NCBI GenBank assembly: GCA_963827475.1
Contig: CAWHAZ010000004.1
Span: forward strand, 192,001-256,000
Reading direction: 5' to 3'
Source of the DNA: an uncultured Chloroflexia bacterium
GTDB taxonomy: Bacteria; Chloroflexota; Limnocylindria; QHBO01
DNA length: 64,000 bases
In this document: piece after piece, positions 25,919 to 35,357 of the stretch
How positions within the stretch are numbered: the first letter of the stretch is position 1
Layout of the letters: each line of letters begins with the position of its first letter
Translations under genes and position numbers: made by a program
The notes under the pieces: model-generated
What the model was told of the DNA's origin: nothing
Databases searched by the model: none
The model's input: the letters and a program-made list of their open reading frames with translations, nothing else

Positions 25919-26502
25919 AGCACCGGCTCCATGCGCATCACGTTGGCGTGGGTCAGGGTGAAGCCGGGGCCGCCGAAGGTGATGATCTGGGCCATCGGCG
26001 TGACCCAGGTGTAGGCGTAGGTGATCGAGACGCCGACGTTGTCCAGCTCGGTGTGGCCCGGGTCCTCGGGGCAGCCGGCCAGGACCGAGCAGCGCTCGTT
26101 CTCGGGGTAGTTGCTGCCCCCCTGGAGGGTGTACGGGATGGCGACCGTCGAGCCGTCGGGTTGGGTGCAGTTCGTCGACCCACTCCGCGCGTAGACGTTG
26201 GCGCCCAGCTCCGCGCCCTGGCTGTCGGCCCAGTAGATGCGGACCTGCGAGATCTTCACCCGCGACGCGGGCGGCATCACGTCCGCCTCGATGCTGGACA
26301 GGATCACGCAGTCCGAGCCGACGTCCTCACCGGCCTCTGCCGCGAGCAGGGCCGCGTCGCGGCTGGCGAAGTTCACGCTCAGCAGCGCGTTGAACGCGAG
26401 CGAGAATTCGATGAGGCCGACGATCAACAGGATGAAGATCGGGAAGACCAGGGCGAACTCGACCATGGTTTGCCCGCGCGGAGATTCCTTCCGTCGCACC
26501 AC
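25915..26502 (-). CDS. TadE-like minor pilin, cassette 3
   Basis: RGQTMVEFALVFPIF..LIEFS..ASRDAA; ends MRMEPVL. Confidence 0.9.
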   Translation of the reverse strand: MVRRKESPRGQTMVEFALVFPIFILLIVGLIEFSLAFNALLSVNFASRDAALLAAEAGEDVGSDCVILSSIEADVMPPASRVKISQVRIYWADSQGAELGANVYARSGSTNCTQPDGSTVAIPYTLQGGSNYPENERCSVLAGCPEDPGHTELDNVGVSITYAYTWVTPMAQIITFGGPGFTLTHANVMRMEPVL

Positions 26503-26609
26503 GACAGAATCCGTCGCGCCGTGCAGAAAAGCGCTCACCGGAAGGTACCGGGAGCGGCCGTACGGCTGGATGGGCCTTGCAGGAACACTGCCGCAGAAAC
26601 GTATCGACG

Positions 26610-26630
26610 GCACCTTGCGTGCCGCCTTGC
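26610..26630. promoter_or_regulatory. CCTTGC-N6-CCTTGC direct repeat upstream of cassette 3
   Basis: GCACCTTGCGTGCCGCCTTGC, plus an extra CCTTGC at 26575-26580. Confidence 0.5.
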
Positions 26631-26673
26631 AAGGCAGCCCCCGAGGCCGTACCTCTGGTTCGGTACCTTCGAC

Positions 26674-27368
26674 CTAGCCGGACGACAGGCGGTAGCCGAT
26701 GCCCCGCTCGGTGAGGAGGTAATGCGGTCGGTTCGGGTCCCGCTCGATCTTGTTTCTGAGGCGGCGAACGGTGACCCACACGTACGAGGGATCGGGCAGT
26801 GTCGCTGTCGAACCAGACCCGGTTGAGCAGCGTCTCGGTGGGCACGGTCCGGTCCAGCGCGGCCATGAGGACCTGGAGAAACCGGACCTCGGTCGGGCTG
26901 AGGCTCTCGACCCGGTCGTCGACCCGAGCCCGTCGGCGCGACAGGTCGATCTCCACCGTGCCCCCGTCGAGGGTCAAGCCGCCGCGGGTCGAATCGGTTC
27001 GCAGCAGCACGCGGTGAATGCGCGCGGTGAGCTCGTCGGGGTCGAACGGCTTGGTCACGTAGTCCTCGGCGTAGTGCTGGAGCGCCTGGACCTTTGCCTC
27101 GCTGGCGTCCACCGCGCTGAGGACGATGATCGGCAGGTCGGCGATCTGCTTCACGCGCCGGCAGAGCTCGAAACCGTCCATCCCCGGCATCATGAGGTCC
27201 ACGACCAGGATGGCCGGCCAGGACCGATCCAGCGCGGCGAGGGCCTCCGGCCCGGAGGCGACAGGACGCACCTCGAAGCCATCGCGCTCGCAGGCGACGG
27301 GTCAGGACGCTACGCAGGGTTGGGTCGTCGTCGACCAGCAGGATGGCCGGCCGCAGCGCCGGCGGCAC
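26674..27368 (-). CDS. OmpR/PhoB-family response regulator (frameshifted)
   Basis: [17 protein letters not shown] and YVTKPF receiver motifs; winged-helix LSPTE..LLNRVW..GIGYRL. Confidence 0.9.
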
Positions 27369-27369
27369 G

Positions 27370-28293
27370 TCAGATGCCGACGCCCCGCACGACGGTGACG
27401 ATGGCGGGGCCCAGGATCACGATGAAGATCGTCGGGAAGATGCAGCCGACCATCGGGAAGAGCATCTTCACCGGCGCCTTGGCCGCGGCCTCCTCCGCCC
27501 GCTGCCGGCGCTCGATGCGCAGCTGCTGGGACTGGATCTGGAGGACCTTGGCGATCGGGACACCGAGCTGCTCGGCCTGGACGATGGCGCCGATGAAGTT
27601 CGTCACGGCCTGCACGTCGCAGCGAGCCGCGACGTCGCGCAGGGCGTCTCGCCGCAGGCGACCCATGCGGATCTCGGCCAGCGCCTGGCGGTACTCGGAG
27701 ATCAGCGGACCTTCCATCTTCTCGACCACCTTGGCCAGCGCCGCGTCGAAGCCGAGCCCGGCCTCGACCGAGATGGTGAGCAGGTCGAGGGCGTCGGGGA
27801 GCTGGAGGATCATGTCCGTCTGGCGCTGGCGGATCTTGCGGCCGAGCCAGAACTCGGGCGCCATGTAGCCGACGGCCAGCCCGCCGACCCCGAACAGGAT
27901 GTTCACCGGGAAGCCGGACACGGCGAGGAAGATGATCGTGAAGGCGATGGCGAAGACGATGGCGGACAGGACCTTGACGCCCATCCAGTCCGCGCCCCGA
28001 AGGCCGCCCGGGTAACCGGCCCGGTGGAGGCGCCCTTCGGCGACCTCGACCATGGTGCCCTGCGCGCCCCGCCGTCCGAGCTTCGACAGGCGCTGGACGA
28101 TGGGCCGGATCGCGCGCTCGAAGAACGGCTGCTCGAGCTCGGCCTCCTCGAGGGTCTTGGGCTTGACGACGAGCTGCTCGAGGCGCTGCTGGACCGCGTC
28201 CTTGGGCGGCCGGGTCATGGTCCCGAACACGATCAGCAGGACCGCGATCGCGGCGAAGAGCGGGATGATGATGGTGGGGATGTTCTCAAGCAT
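27370..28293 (-). CDS. tadC: Tad pilus platform protein TadC (T2SSF family)
   Basis: LPDALDLLTISVEAGLGFDAAL; KAPVKMLFP..CIFP. Confidence 0.93.
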   Translation of the reverse strand: MLENIPTIIIPLFAAIAVLLIVFGTMTRPPKDAVQQRLEQLVVKPKTLEEAELEQPFFERAIRPIVQRLSKLGRRGAQGTMVEVAEGRLHRAGYPGGLRGADWMGVKVLSAIVFAIAFTIIFLAVSGFPVNILFGVGGLAVGYMAPEFWLGRKIRQRQTDMILQLPDALDLLTISVEAGLGFDAALAKVVEKMEGPLISEYRQALAEIRMGRLRRDALRDVAARCDVQAVTNFIGAIVQAEQLGVPIAKVLQIQSQQLRIERRQRAEEAAAKAPVKMLFPMVGCIFPTIFIVILGPAIVTVVRGVGI

Positions 28294-28297
28294 CGGT

Positions 28298-29296
28298 TCA
28301 GACCTTGATGTCGACGATGCGGCGGATGAACAGCCAGCCGATGCCCATGCTCAGCCCGCCGAGCAGGAACAGGACGATGCCCATCGGCAGGCCGAACATC
28401 TCGGGCGGACGCTCGAACATCGGTGTGATGTAGGTCGGGCTGATCACGAACAGCAGGGCGGCCAGGCCGACCGGCAGCAGGACGATGACGTAGCCGCTGT
28501 AGCGCTGCATGGCGGTCAGGGTCCGGATCTCGCCCTGGATCCGGACGCGCTCGCGAATCGTGAACGCGATGGCGTCGAGGACGGTGGCCAGGTTGCCACC
28601 GACCTGGGCCTGGATGTTGATGGCGGTGACCATCAGCTCGAGGTCCTCCGACGCGACGCGGCGGACGAGGTTGCCGAGCGCCGGCTGGAGGGCCATGCCC
28701 AGGCTCATCTCGCGCACGACCCGCCCGAACTCCTCGGCGATCGGCGGCCGCGACTCACGGGTCACCAGCTCCATGCCCTGGAGGAACGAGGAGCCGGCGC
28801 GCAGGGAGTTGGCCAGCAGGGTGATGGTGTCCGGCAGCTGGGTGTTGAATGCGTTCAGACGTCCCTTCTGCCGCCGGCCGAGGTAGTAGCGCGGCAGCCA
28901 CAGGCCGAGGAACACGGCCCCGATCAGCGCGAACGGACTCCGCAGCGCCTCGAAGAGGAGGCCGAGCACCATGAATGCGGCGACCAGCACGAACGGCGAC
29001 GCGATCCAGATCATCAGGAACTCCGCCGGCTTGAGCTTCAGGTCCGCGCGCGCGAGGTCCGTGCTCATCCGGGTGGTGAGGTCCTGGCTTTCGATGACCC
29101 GCGACAGGCCGGCAACGAGCGCCGAATCTTTCTCCGCGTCCTCGTCCGACTTGTCCGAGCGGCCGCCACGGGACGAGGCGTATCGCTCGAGGCGGTCGGT
29201 CACCCCGCCACCGCTTCCGCTCATCGCGATGCCCACCACGACCACCAGGATGGCGATCGCCGCCAGCGCAGCGATGAGGATCGGCATGAGGTTCAT
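28298..29296 (-). CDS. tadB: Tad pilus platform protein TadB (T2SSF family)
   Basis: QLPDTITLLANSLRAG; GGNLATVLD..IRER..GEIRTLTA. Confidence 0.93.
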   Translation of the reverse strand: MNLMPILIAALAAIAILVVVVGIAMSGSGGGVTDRLERYASSRGGRSDKSDEDAEKDSALVAGLSRVIESQDLTTRMSTDLARADLKLKPAEFLMIWIASPFVLVAAFMVLGLLFEALRSPFALIGAVFLGLWLPRYYLGRRQKGRLNAFNTQLPDTITLLANSLRAGSSFLQGMELVTRESRPPIAEEFGRVVREMSLGMALQPALGNLVRRVASEDLELMVTAINIQAQVGGNLATVLDAIAFTIRERVRIQGEIRTLTAMQRYSGYVIVLLPVGLAALLFVISPTYITPMFERPPEMFGLPMGIVLFLLGGLSMGIGWLFIRRIVDIKV

Positions 29297-29322
29297 CGGT
29301 CGGGCGCCCTCTCTTCAGATTC

Positions 29323-30741
29323 CTAGAACGGCGAGCCGAAGGTGTTGGCCGGCAGGTGGATGCCCGCGGCCTCGAACTTCTCGACGAACTTCGGGCGAAT
29401 GCCGGTCGGCTTCAGCCGGCCTTCGATCTTGCCCTCGACCACGCCGGTCTGCTCGAAGGTGAAGACGTCCTGCATGACGATGACGTCGCCCTCCATGCCC
29501 TGGACCTCGGTGATGCTCACGATCCGGCGCGTTCCGTCCTTGAGCCGGTTCTGGTGGACGATGAGGTCCACCGCCGAGGCGGTCTGCTCGCGGATCGCGC
29601 GCAGCGGGAGGTCCATGCCGGCCATGAGCACCATCGTCTCGAGGCGGGCCAGCATGTCGCGCGGGGAGTTGGCGTGGCCGGTGGACATCGACCCGTCATG
29701 GCCGGTGTTCATGGCCTGGAGCATGTCGAGCGCTTCCGCCGACCGCACCTCGCCGACCACGATCCGGTCGGGCCGCATGCGCAGGGCGTTGCGGACGAGC
29801 TCACGGATCGGGACGGCGCCCTTGCCTTCGATGTTCGACGGGCGCGCCTCGAGGGTCACGACGTGCTCCTGCCGGAGCTGGAGCTCGGCCGCGTCCTCGA
29901 TGGTCACGATCCGCTCGTCATCGGGGATGAACGAGCTGAGCACGTTCAGGGTCGTCGTCTTGCCCGAGCCGGTGCCGCCCGACACGAAGACGTTGAGCCG
30001 GGCCTTCACGCAGGCCTCGAGGAACTCGAACATCTCCGGGGTGGCGGTGCCGAACCGGATCAGGTCCTCGACCGTGAACGGGCTGGCGGCGAACTTCCGG
30101 ATGGTCACCACCGGCCCGACCAGCGACAGCGGCGGGATGATGGCGTTCACGCGGGAGCCGTCGACCAGGCGGGCGTCGACCATCGGGCTCGATTCGTCGA
30201 TTCGACGACCGATGGGCGCGATGATGCGCTGGATGATCTTCATCACGTGCTCGTCGTTCTGGAACGTGACCCCGGTCAGCTCCAGCTTGCCCTCGCGCTC
30301 GATGTAGACCTGCTGCGGGCCGTTGACCATGACCTCGGTGATGGTCGCGTCGCGCAGGAGCGGCTCCAGCGGGCCGAGGCCGAGGATCTCGTCGGTGATC
30401 TGCTCGAGCATGCGGACCCGCTCGGCGCGGGTCAGGGCCAGGCCCTCCTCGTCGGCGATCTTGCCGAACAGGTCCTCGATCTGGCGCTTGACCTCGACCT
30501 GGTTGGTCAGGTCCATCTTCGGGTCGAGCTCGTTGATCAGCCGGTTCTGGACGCGGTACTTCGCCTCCCGGAACGACTCGCGCGTCGGCGCTCCGCCGGC
30601 GAACGGACGAACCGGTCCTTCACCCGCGGGGGCGGCGGGACCGCCTGCTCCCGGGGTTGGCTGGGGAGTGCCGCCCGGCACGGGTGCCAGTTCGGTGTCC
30701 GATCCCGGCTGGGCTCGCTCGATGCGCTTTAGGAGAGACAT
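29323..30741 (-). CDS. cpaF: Tad pilus assembly ATPase CpaF/TadA
   Basis: GGTGSGKTT, TIEDAAEL, LRMRPDRIVVGEVR and AMNTGHDGS motifs. Confidence 0.96.
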   Translation of the reverse strand: MSLLKRIERAQPGSDTELAPVPGGTPQPTPGAGGPAAPAGEGPVRPFAGGAPTRESFREAKYRVQNRLINELDPKMDLTNQVEVKRQIEDLFGKIADEEGLALTRAERVRMLEQITDEILGLGPLEPLLRDATITEVMVNGPQQVYIEREGKLELTGVTFQNDEHVMKIIQRIIAPIGRRIDESSPMVDARLVDGSRVNAIIPPLSLVGPVVTIRKFAASPFTVEDLIRFGTATPEMFEFLEACVKARLNVFVSGGTGSGKTTTLNVLSSFIPDDERIVTIEDAAELQLRQEHVVTLEARPSNIEGKGAVPIRELVRNALRMRPDRIVVGEVRSAEALDMLQAMNTGHDGSMSTGHANSPRDMLARLETMVLMAGMDLPLRAIREQTASAVDLIVHQNRLKDGTRRIVSITEVQGMEGDVIVMQDVFTFEQTGVVEGKIEGRLKPTGIRPKFVEKFEAAGIHLPANTFGSPF

Positions 30742-30757
30742 GTCAGCATCCTTCTGG

Positions 30758-31987
30758 TCAGCGGCGCGCGAAGATTCCACGCCGGTTTGGCTTGTCCTCG
30801 GTGGTGGTCGTCGTCGACGACGGGCCACCGACAAGGATCTCGGCTAGTTTCATGACGTCCCGCGACAGCGGGCTTTCGGGGTTGGAAATGATGAATGGGA
30901 CGCCGCGGTTCACGGCGAGCACGGCCAGCCGCCCGTCCGACACGATGGTCGCGTCGATCGGCCGCCGGATCGATCCCTCCACGTCGCCCATCCGGATCCC
31001 CTGGGTGGCGTCGGAGCGGTTCATCACGATCCGCAGCTTCGAGCGCTCGTAGCCCAGCTGATCCGCCACCTCGAGGAAGAGGCGGAGGTTCTTGATGGCG
31101 GTGATCTCGAGGGCGGCCATGATGACGATCTGGTCCGCGGCATCCATGATCGCCAACGAGTGATCGTTGATGCCGGACGGCAGGTCGACCACAGTGTACG
31201 CGTGCATCGTGCGGAGGTGGCCGACCACCGTCCGCAGGTAGGCGGGGGTGATGAGGTCGGCGCCTTCCGGGGTCGGCGGCGCGAGCAGCGCCTTCAGCCC
31301 GGTCGCGTGCTCGATCATCACCGACTCGACGAGGTCCGTGTCCGGCTCGCCCCCGTCGGCGAGGTCCACGATCGACCGCGTCTTGGGGTTCAGGTTGAGC
31401 AGGACCCCGACGTCGCCGAACTGGAGGTTCGCGTCGAGCAGCGCGACCTTGGTGTTGGTCAGCTGCTTGATGGCGATGGCGAGATTGGTCGCGATCGTCG
31501 TCCGCCCGGATCCGCCCTTGGGCGAGAAGATACCGATGACCTGGTGGTCGACATCAGGATCCGCCTCGGCCGGCACCGGTCCAGCCGGCATGGAGGCCTG
31601 GATCTGGTGGCGGCGCGCCTCCTCCCGCTCGTAGACGCGCTTGATCGTCTCGCTGAACTCGTCCGACGAGAACGGCTTGACGAGGAACTCGCGGGCGCCG
31701 GCCTGGAGCGAGCGGCGCATCTGCTCCGCCTCGCCGTGGACGCTCATCATGATGATCGCGACCGTCGGCAGGCGCTGCGAGATCAGCTCGGCGGCGGCGA
31801 TGCCGTCCATGCCGGGCATGTTGATGTCCATGACGATGACGTCGGGGCGGAGGTCCATCGCCATCGTGATGGCCTCCTCCCCCGAGCTCGCCGACCCGGC
31901 CACCTCGACCGTCTGCTCGAATGCGAGCAGCTTGGTCAGGTGGTCACGAGTCTCGGCGATGTCGTCGACGATCAGGACCTTGATCAC
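30758..31987 (-). CDS. cpaE: CpaE/TadZ (receiver domain + MinD/ParA-like ATPase)
   Basis: N-terminal receiver (VDD, MDINMP, LVKPF); SPKGGSGRTT and DANLQFGDV. Confidence 0.92.
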   Translation of the reverse strand: MIKVLIVDDIAETRDHLTKLLAFEQTVEVAGSASSGEEAITMAMDLRPDVIVMDINMPGMDGIAAAELISQRLPTVAIIMMSVHGEAEQMRRSLQAGAREFLVKPFSSDEFSETIKRVYEREEARRHQIQASMPAGPVPAEADPDVDHQVIGIFSPKGGSGRTTIATNLAIAIKQLTNTKVALLDANLQFGDVGVLLNLNPKTRSIVDLADGGEPDTDLVESVMIEHATGLKALLAPPTPEGADLITPAYLRTVVGHLRTMHAYTVVDLPSGINDHSLAIMDAADQIVIMAALEITAIKNLRLFLEVADQLGYERSKLRIVMNRSDATQGIRMGDVEGSIRRPIDATIVSDGRLAVLAVNRGVPFIISNPESPLSRDVMKLAEILVGGPSSTTTTTEDKPNRRGIFARR

Positions 31988-32016
31988 GCGGGGTGCCCTC
32001 GGCTACGCGATCTGGA

Positions 32017-32891
32017 CTACTGGGTCTGGAGCAGAACGATGTTCGGCACCGGGACCCCGTAGGTGTCGATCAGGAGCGAGATCGTGACACCGGTCGTGGC
32101 CTCGGCCACGTCGTCATCCTGGTTCCGCAGGATGGCGGTCAGCGGTCCGGTGGAGTTCACGTCGTTCTGCGCGAGCTTGATCAGCTCGGCATCCTGGTCG
32201 TTGCCGGCGAAGATGATGATCACGCTGCTGATCTCCGGCGGGGGAGCTTCGCTCCCGTCCTGGGCCGGTGACTCCTCGCCACCCCCCTGGGCCACCGGAC
32301 GCGCCTGGCTGACGTAGATGACGCGCTTGTTCTGGAGCACGGTCTTCACGGTCAGGGCCGACTCGAGGCCGGCCACCGCCTCGAAGCGCTGCTGCTCGGG
32401 CGGGCTGTTGACCGTCTCGATGGTCGGCTGCACAACCGGGATCCGCTGGCCCAGGACCACGTCGATGTGGTCGCCGGGCAGGATCAGGAAGTCGAGGCCG
32501 GTGACCCGGTCGACCTGGAAGGCGATGGCCTTCTCGCCCGGCAACAGGGAGCACGAGATGCACACGTCGCCGAGCACCTGCCCGACCGATTCCTGGCTGA
32601 CCTGCCCCCCGGCCGCGATGTCCTGAGTGGCCTCGCGGCCGGTCAGCTGCGACGGGTCGGTGAACGGTGTCCCGACCACGGCAGCCGGGATCGACTTCAA
32701 GCGGCTCGACCATGTCCGGGGTCACCGGGTCGCCAATGGCGATGTCCTCGGTGGCGACCATGACCCTGGCCTGGACCACTTCGGGCTCGCGCGGGGGTGC
32801 CGCTGCCCTGAAGCACGAACAGGACGCCCACGAAGGCGAGTACCGCCAGCAGGACGCCGACCAGGATCACGAGACGGTTGGATCGCTTCAC
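32017..32891 (-). CDS. cpaB: Flp pilus assembly protein CpaB/RcpC (frameshifted)
   Basis: N-terminal TM, SAF domain (VMVATEDIAIG), PGDHIDVV and KTVLQN motifs. Confidence 0.88.
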
Positions 32892-32919
32892 GGGGAGCGT
32901 CTCCTCTGTGTGAATCGGG

Positions 32920-32928
32920 TGTGGATAA
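32920..32928 (-). promoter_or_regulatory. Perfect DnaA box TTATCCACA
   Basis: TGTGGATAA on the + strand, about 30 nt upstream of the cpaB start. Confidence 0.4.
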
Positions 32929-32937
32929 GTGCACGCA

Positions 32938-32963
32938 GCATTGTGACTGCGGTCAACAGTCTA
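32938..32963 (-). promoter_or_regulatory. Putative cpaB -10 (TAGACT) with overlapping imperfect-dyad operator
   Basis: GCATTGTGACTGCGGTCAACAGT matches 36467-36489 at 20 of 23 positions. Confidence 0.55.
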
Positions 32964-33071
32964 CGCACGGCGTCCAGCGCGTTCGACTGGACTTGTGGGC
33001 TAGGTGAAGGGGGGTACTCGTCGGGAATTGGCGGACCCTCGGCCACGTCCCGCCCCCTGGTTTCAAGGACA

Positions 33072-33099
33072 ACGCCCCCGGGCCGGAGCCCGGGGGCGT
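33072..33099 (-). terminator. Intrinsic terminator/stabilising hairpin after flp
   Basis: 12-bp perfect stem ACGCCCCCGGGC-CGGA-GCCCGGGGGCGT 20 nt after the flp stop, followed by TGTCCTT on the minus strand. Confidence 0.75.
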
Positions 33100-33119
33100 C
33101 GTTCGCAGTGGCGCCTGAC

Positions 33120-33299
33120 CTACTGGAGGTTCTGGGCGACGTTGCTGAAGATCTGGCTCACGATCGGGCCAAGGAACAGAAGGGCCACGATCACGATGAT
33201 CGCAATCAGGGCCAGGAGCAGACCGTACTCAACGAGGGTCTGTCCTTCCTCGTCTTCCCGAGAGAAGCGAGCGAGAAAAGAGCTGATGAACTGAAGCAT
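33120..33299 (-). CDS. flp: Flp family type IVc major pilin (59 aa; not in ORF track)
   Basis: MLQFISSFLARFSREDEEG/QTLVEYGLLLALIAIIVIVALLFLGPIVSQIFSNVAQNLQ; strong AAGGAGGT RBS. Confidence 0.95.
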   Translation of the reverse strand: MLQFISSFLARFSREDEEGQTLVEYGLLLALIAIIVIVALLFLGPIVSQIFSNVAQNLQ

Positions 33300-33485
33300 G
33301 CTTTGCAGGTACCTCCTTTCCTCGAGGATTGGGCGACGGAAATGTAGGGCCGAGACGGGACTGTGAATATGACCCGTTCGTCCTACGAGACCTCCGCAGG
33401 CTCGGTACCTTGAGCGACCACCTGTGCCTTGTCAAGGGCCCGGGACCGGCACGCTGACGCCATGACGATTCCTGAATCCAGACAC

Positions 33486-33521
33486 CATGAGAGCCGCGCC
33501 TGCTGCTGCGCGGCTCTCATG
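33486..33521. repeat. Perfect 14-bp inverted repeat (possible terminator for upstream minus-strand genes)
   Basis: CATGAGAGCCGCGC-ctgctgct-GCGCGGCTCTCATG. Confidence 0.65.
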
Positions 33522-33696
33522 TACCGGAGGAGGAGCCCGAGGGCTACCCGGCCTCTGTCACCGGACCCTCACCGGATGAAGGCCCTCCCGGATAACCCGG
33601 GAGGACGTGGCCGGATGGTGCGACGGCGTCGGCGGTCCGAAATGGAACTCCAGTACCGATCGGCACCGGACGATGGCACGGATGAGCTCGCAGAGC

Positions 33697-34473
33697 TCAG
33701 GGTCTCAGGAGCAGCAGGCCGGTACCGCGACACGCCATCAGGAAGTATTGGGGTAAGAGGAACGGCGACATCACGAGGCCGGCAAGTGCCGCGACAGACG
33801 CCGATCCCTTCCAGACAATGAGCGTGGCGAGCGGAATGCTGATGAGAACCATGCGTTTCCGAAGATCCTGCCTAGCCCATACGAGAAGGACTCGTAGGTC
33901 AGCGACGCGGACCCGACAGGGACACGAGCCATTCCTCCGCCAGGCCAGAAGCGGCGAGGCCCACGAGCTGGACGAGGGCGATGGCCAGCGCCGGAACCCG
34001 GATGTCGGGGCGGTAGACACAGCCAGATCGCCAGCGGGATCTGGACCGGCCGGGGCATCAGCAGGGTCAGCGCGATGAAGATCAGGGCCCCGACGCGGGA
34101 GCCCGCGATGGCAACGCCGCGGCTACCGCGACGAACGTGAAGACGTTGCCGACGATGAGGTCGATCCAGAAGAACACGCTGAAGCCGACGAGCACAGCGT
34201 CAGACGGCCGAGCCGGGCCAGCGGCATCAACGCCACGAGTGGGCACGCCGAGCGCGATCGGTCCACCGAGACGAGGACGCCCACGGCCGGGATCAGGAGC
34301 GGCGAGTAGCGCCACGGGTGGTCGTAGACGGCCTGCCCCAGGACTCGAGTGGCCACCAGGCCGTCGCCCAGTCAGCGTTCGGCGCCGGTCGGAGCAGGAT
34401 CAGGAGGGCGAGGTTCGCGAGGGCGTCAGCCGTGCGAGCAACCAGAACTCGCGGCGGACCGCCGGATCGGCAC
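33697..34473 (-). CDS. GT87-like membrane glycosyltransferase (multiply frameshifted; ends approximate)
   Basis: PAPNADWAT, WRYSP, FWIDLIVGNVFTF, MPRPVQIPLA and PFLLPQYF across frames; paralog of 41619-42545. Confidence 0.65.
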
Positions 34474-34533
34474 CCTGAGGCCGCGAGCAGTCGAGACGCG
34501 TCGGGGCGACCCGCCGCGCGCCCGGACCATCGG

Positions 34534-35343
34534 TCAGTCCTCGGGAAGCTTGATCCAGCCCTGGCGCATGGCATAGACCACGGCCTGGGTGCGGTCGTTC
34601 ACGCTCAGCTTGCGGAGAATGGACGACATGTGGTTCTTCACCGTCTGCTCGCTGATGCCCAGGGTGTAGGCGACCTGCTTGTTGGTCATGCCCTGGGCGA
34701 TGTTGTCCAGGATCTCCACCTCGCGCGGTGAGAGCGGGGCGAAGATCGGCTGCGCGTCCGACCCGTAGACGGCCAGCTCGCGGAACTCCTTCAGGACGCG
34801 GCTGGCGACGGCCGGCCGGCTGAAGACCTTGTCGTTGATGAGGTACTCGCCGGAACGAACCCGGCGGATGATGGCGACCAGGTCGGTCGGGTCGATGTCC
34901 TTGAGGACATAGGCCGCCGCCCCCGCCTTGATGGCGTCGAACAGCTGGTCCTCGTCGTCGCCGCCGGCCAGCACGATGACCCCGGTGTGGGGCAGCTCGC
35001 GCTTGATGCGCTGGGTGGTCTCGATGCCGTTCGGTGCCGGCAGGGTGAGGTCCATGAGGACCACGTCCGGCGTGAGCTCCTCGACCACGGCGATGGCCTC
35101 GCGGCCACTCCCCGCCTCGCCAACGACGGTCATGTCCGCCTCGAGGTCGAGGATGTTGCGCACGCCCCGTCGGAACAGGGTGTGGGTGTCCACGATCACG
35201 ATGCGGGTCTTCTCGGTCGGCACCCGCCGGTCACGCCCGGTGCGCCGTTCCTTCGCGGTTTCCTCGGTCGCCTCGGCGGCCTGGGTGGTGTCCTTCTCGG
35301 CCTCAGCCGTTGCTCGTGCCACGTTCTCCTCCTTGACCTTCAC
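34534..35343 (-). CDS. NarL/DegU-like LuxR-family response regulator
   Basis: Receiver (VLMDLTLP, YVLKD) plus LSPREVEIL..GMTNKQVA..SEQTVKNH. Confidence 0.93.
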   Translation of the reverse strand: MKVKEENVARATAEAEKDTTQAAEATEETAKERRTGRDRRVPTEKTRIVIVDTHTLFRRGVRNILDLEADMTVVGEAGSGREAIAVVEELTPDVVLMDLTLPAPNGIETTQRIKRELPHTGVIVLAGGDDEDQLFDAIKAGAAAYVLKDIDPTDLVAIIRRVRSGEYLINDKVFSRPAVASRVLKEFRELAVYGSDAQPIFAPLSPREVEILDNIAQGMTNKQVAYTLGISEQTVKNHMSSILRKLSVNDRTQAVVYAMRQGWIKLPED

Positions 35344-35357
35344 TCCGCCCCCGGATG

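Noticed and set aside
32890-33070. Replication origin at the DnaA box
   Set aside because: Only one box, no AT-rich unwinding element and no dnaA/dnaN context.
32667-33347. Plus-strand ORF that reads protein-like across flp
   Set aside because: It is the antisense of the genuine Flp pilin and its terminator.
33300-33480. Cyclic di-GMP riboswitch in the flp leader
   Set aside because: I could not find the class I or class II consensus elements by eye.
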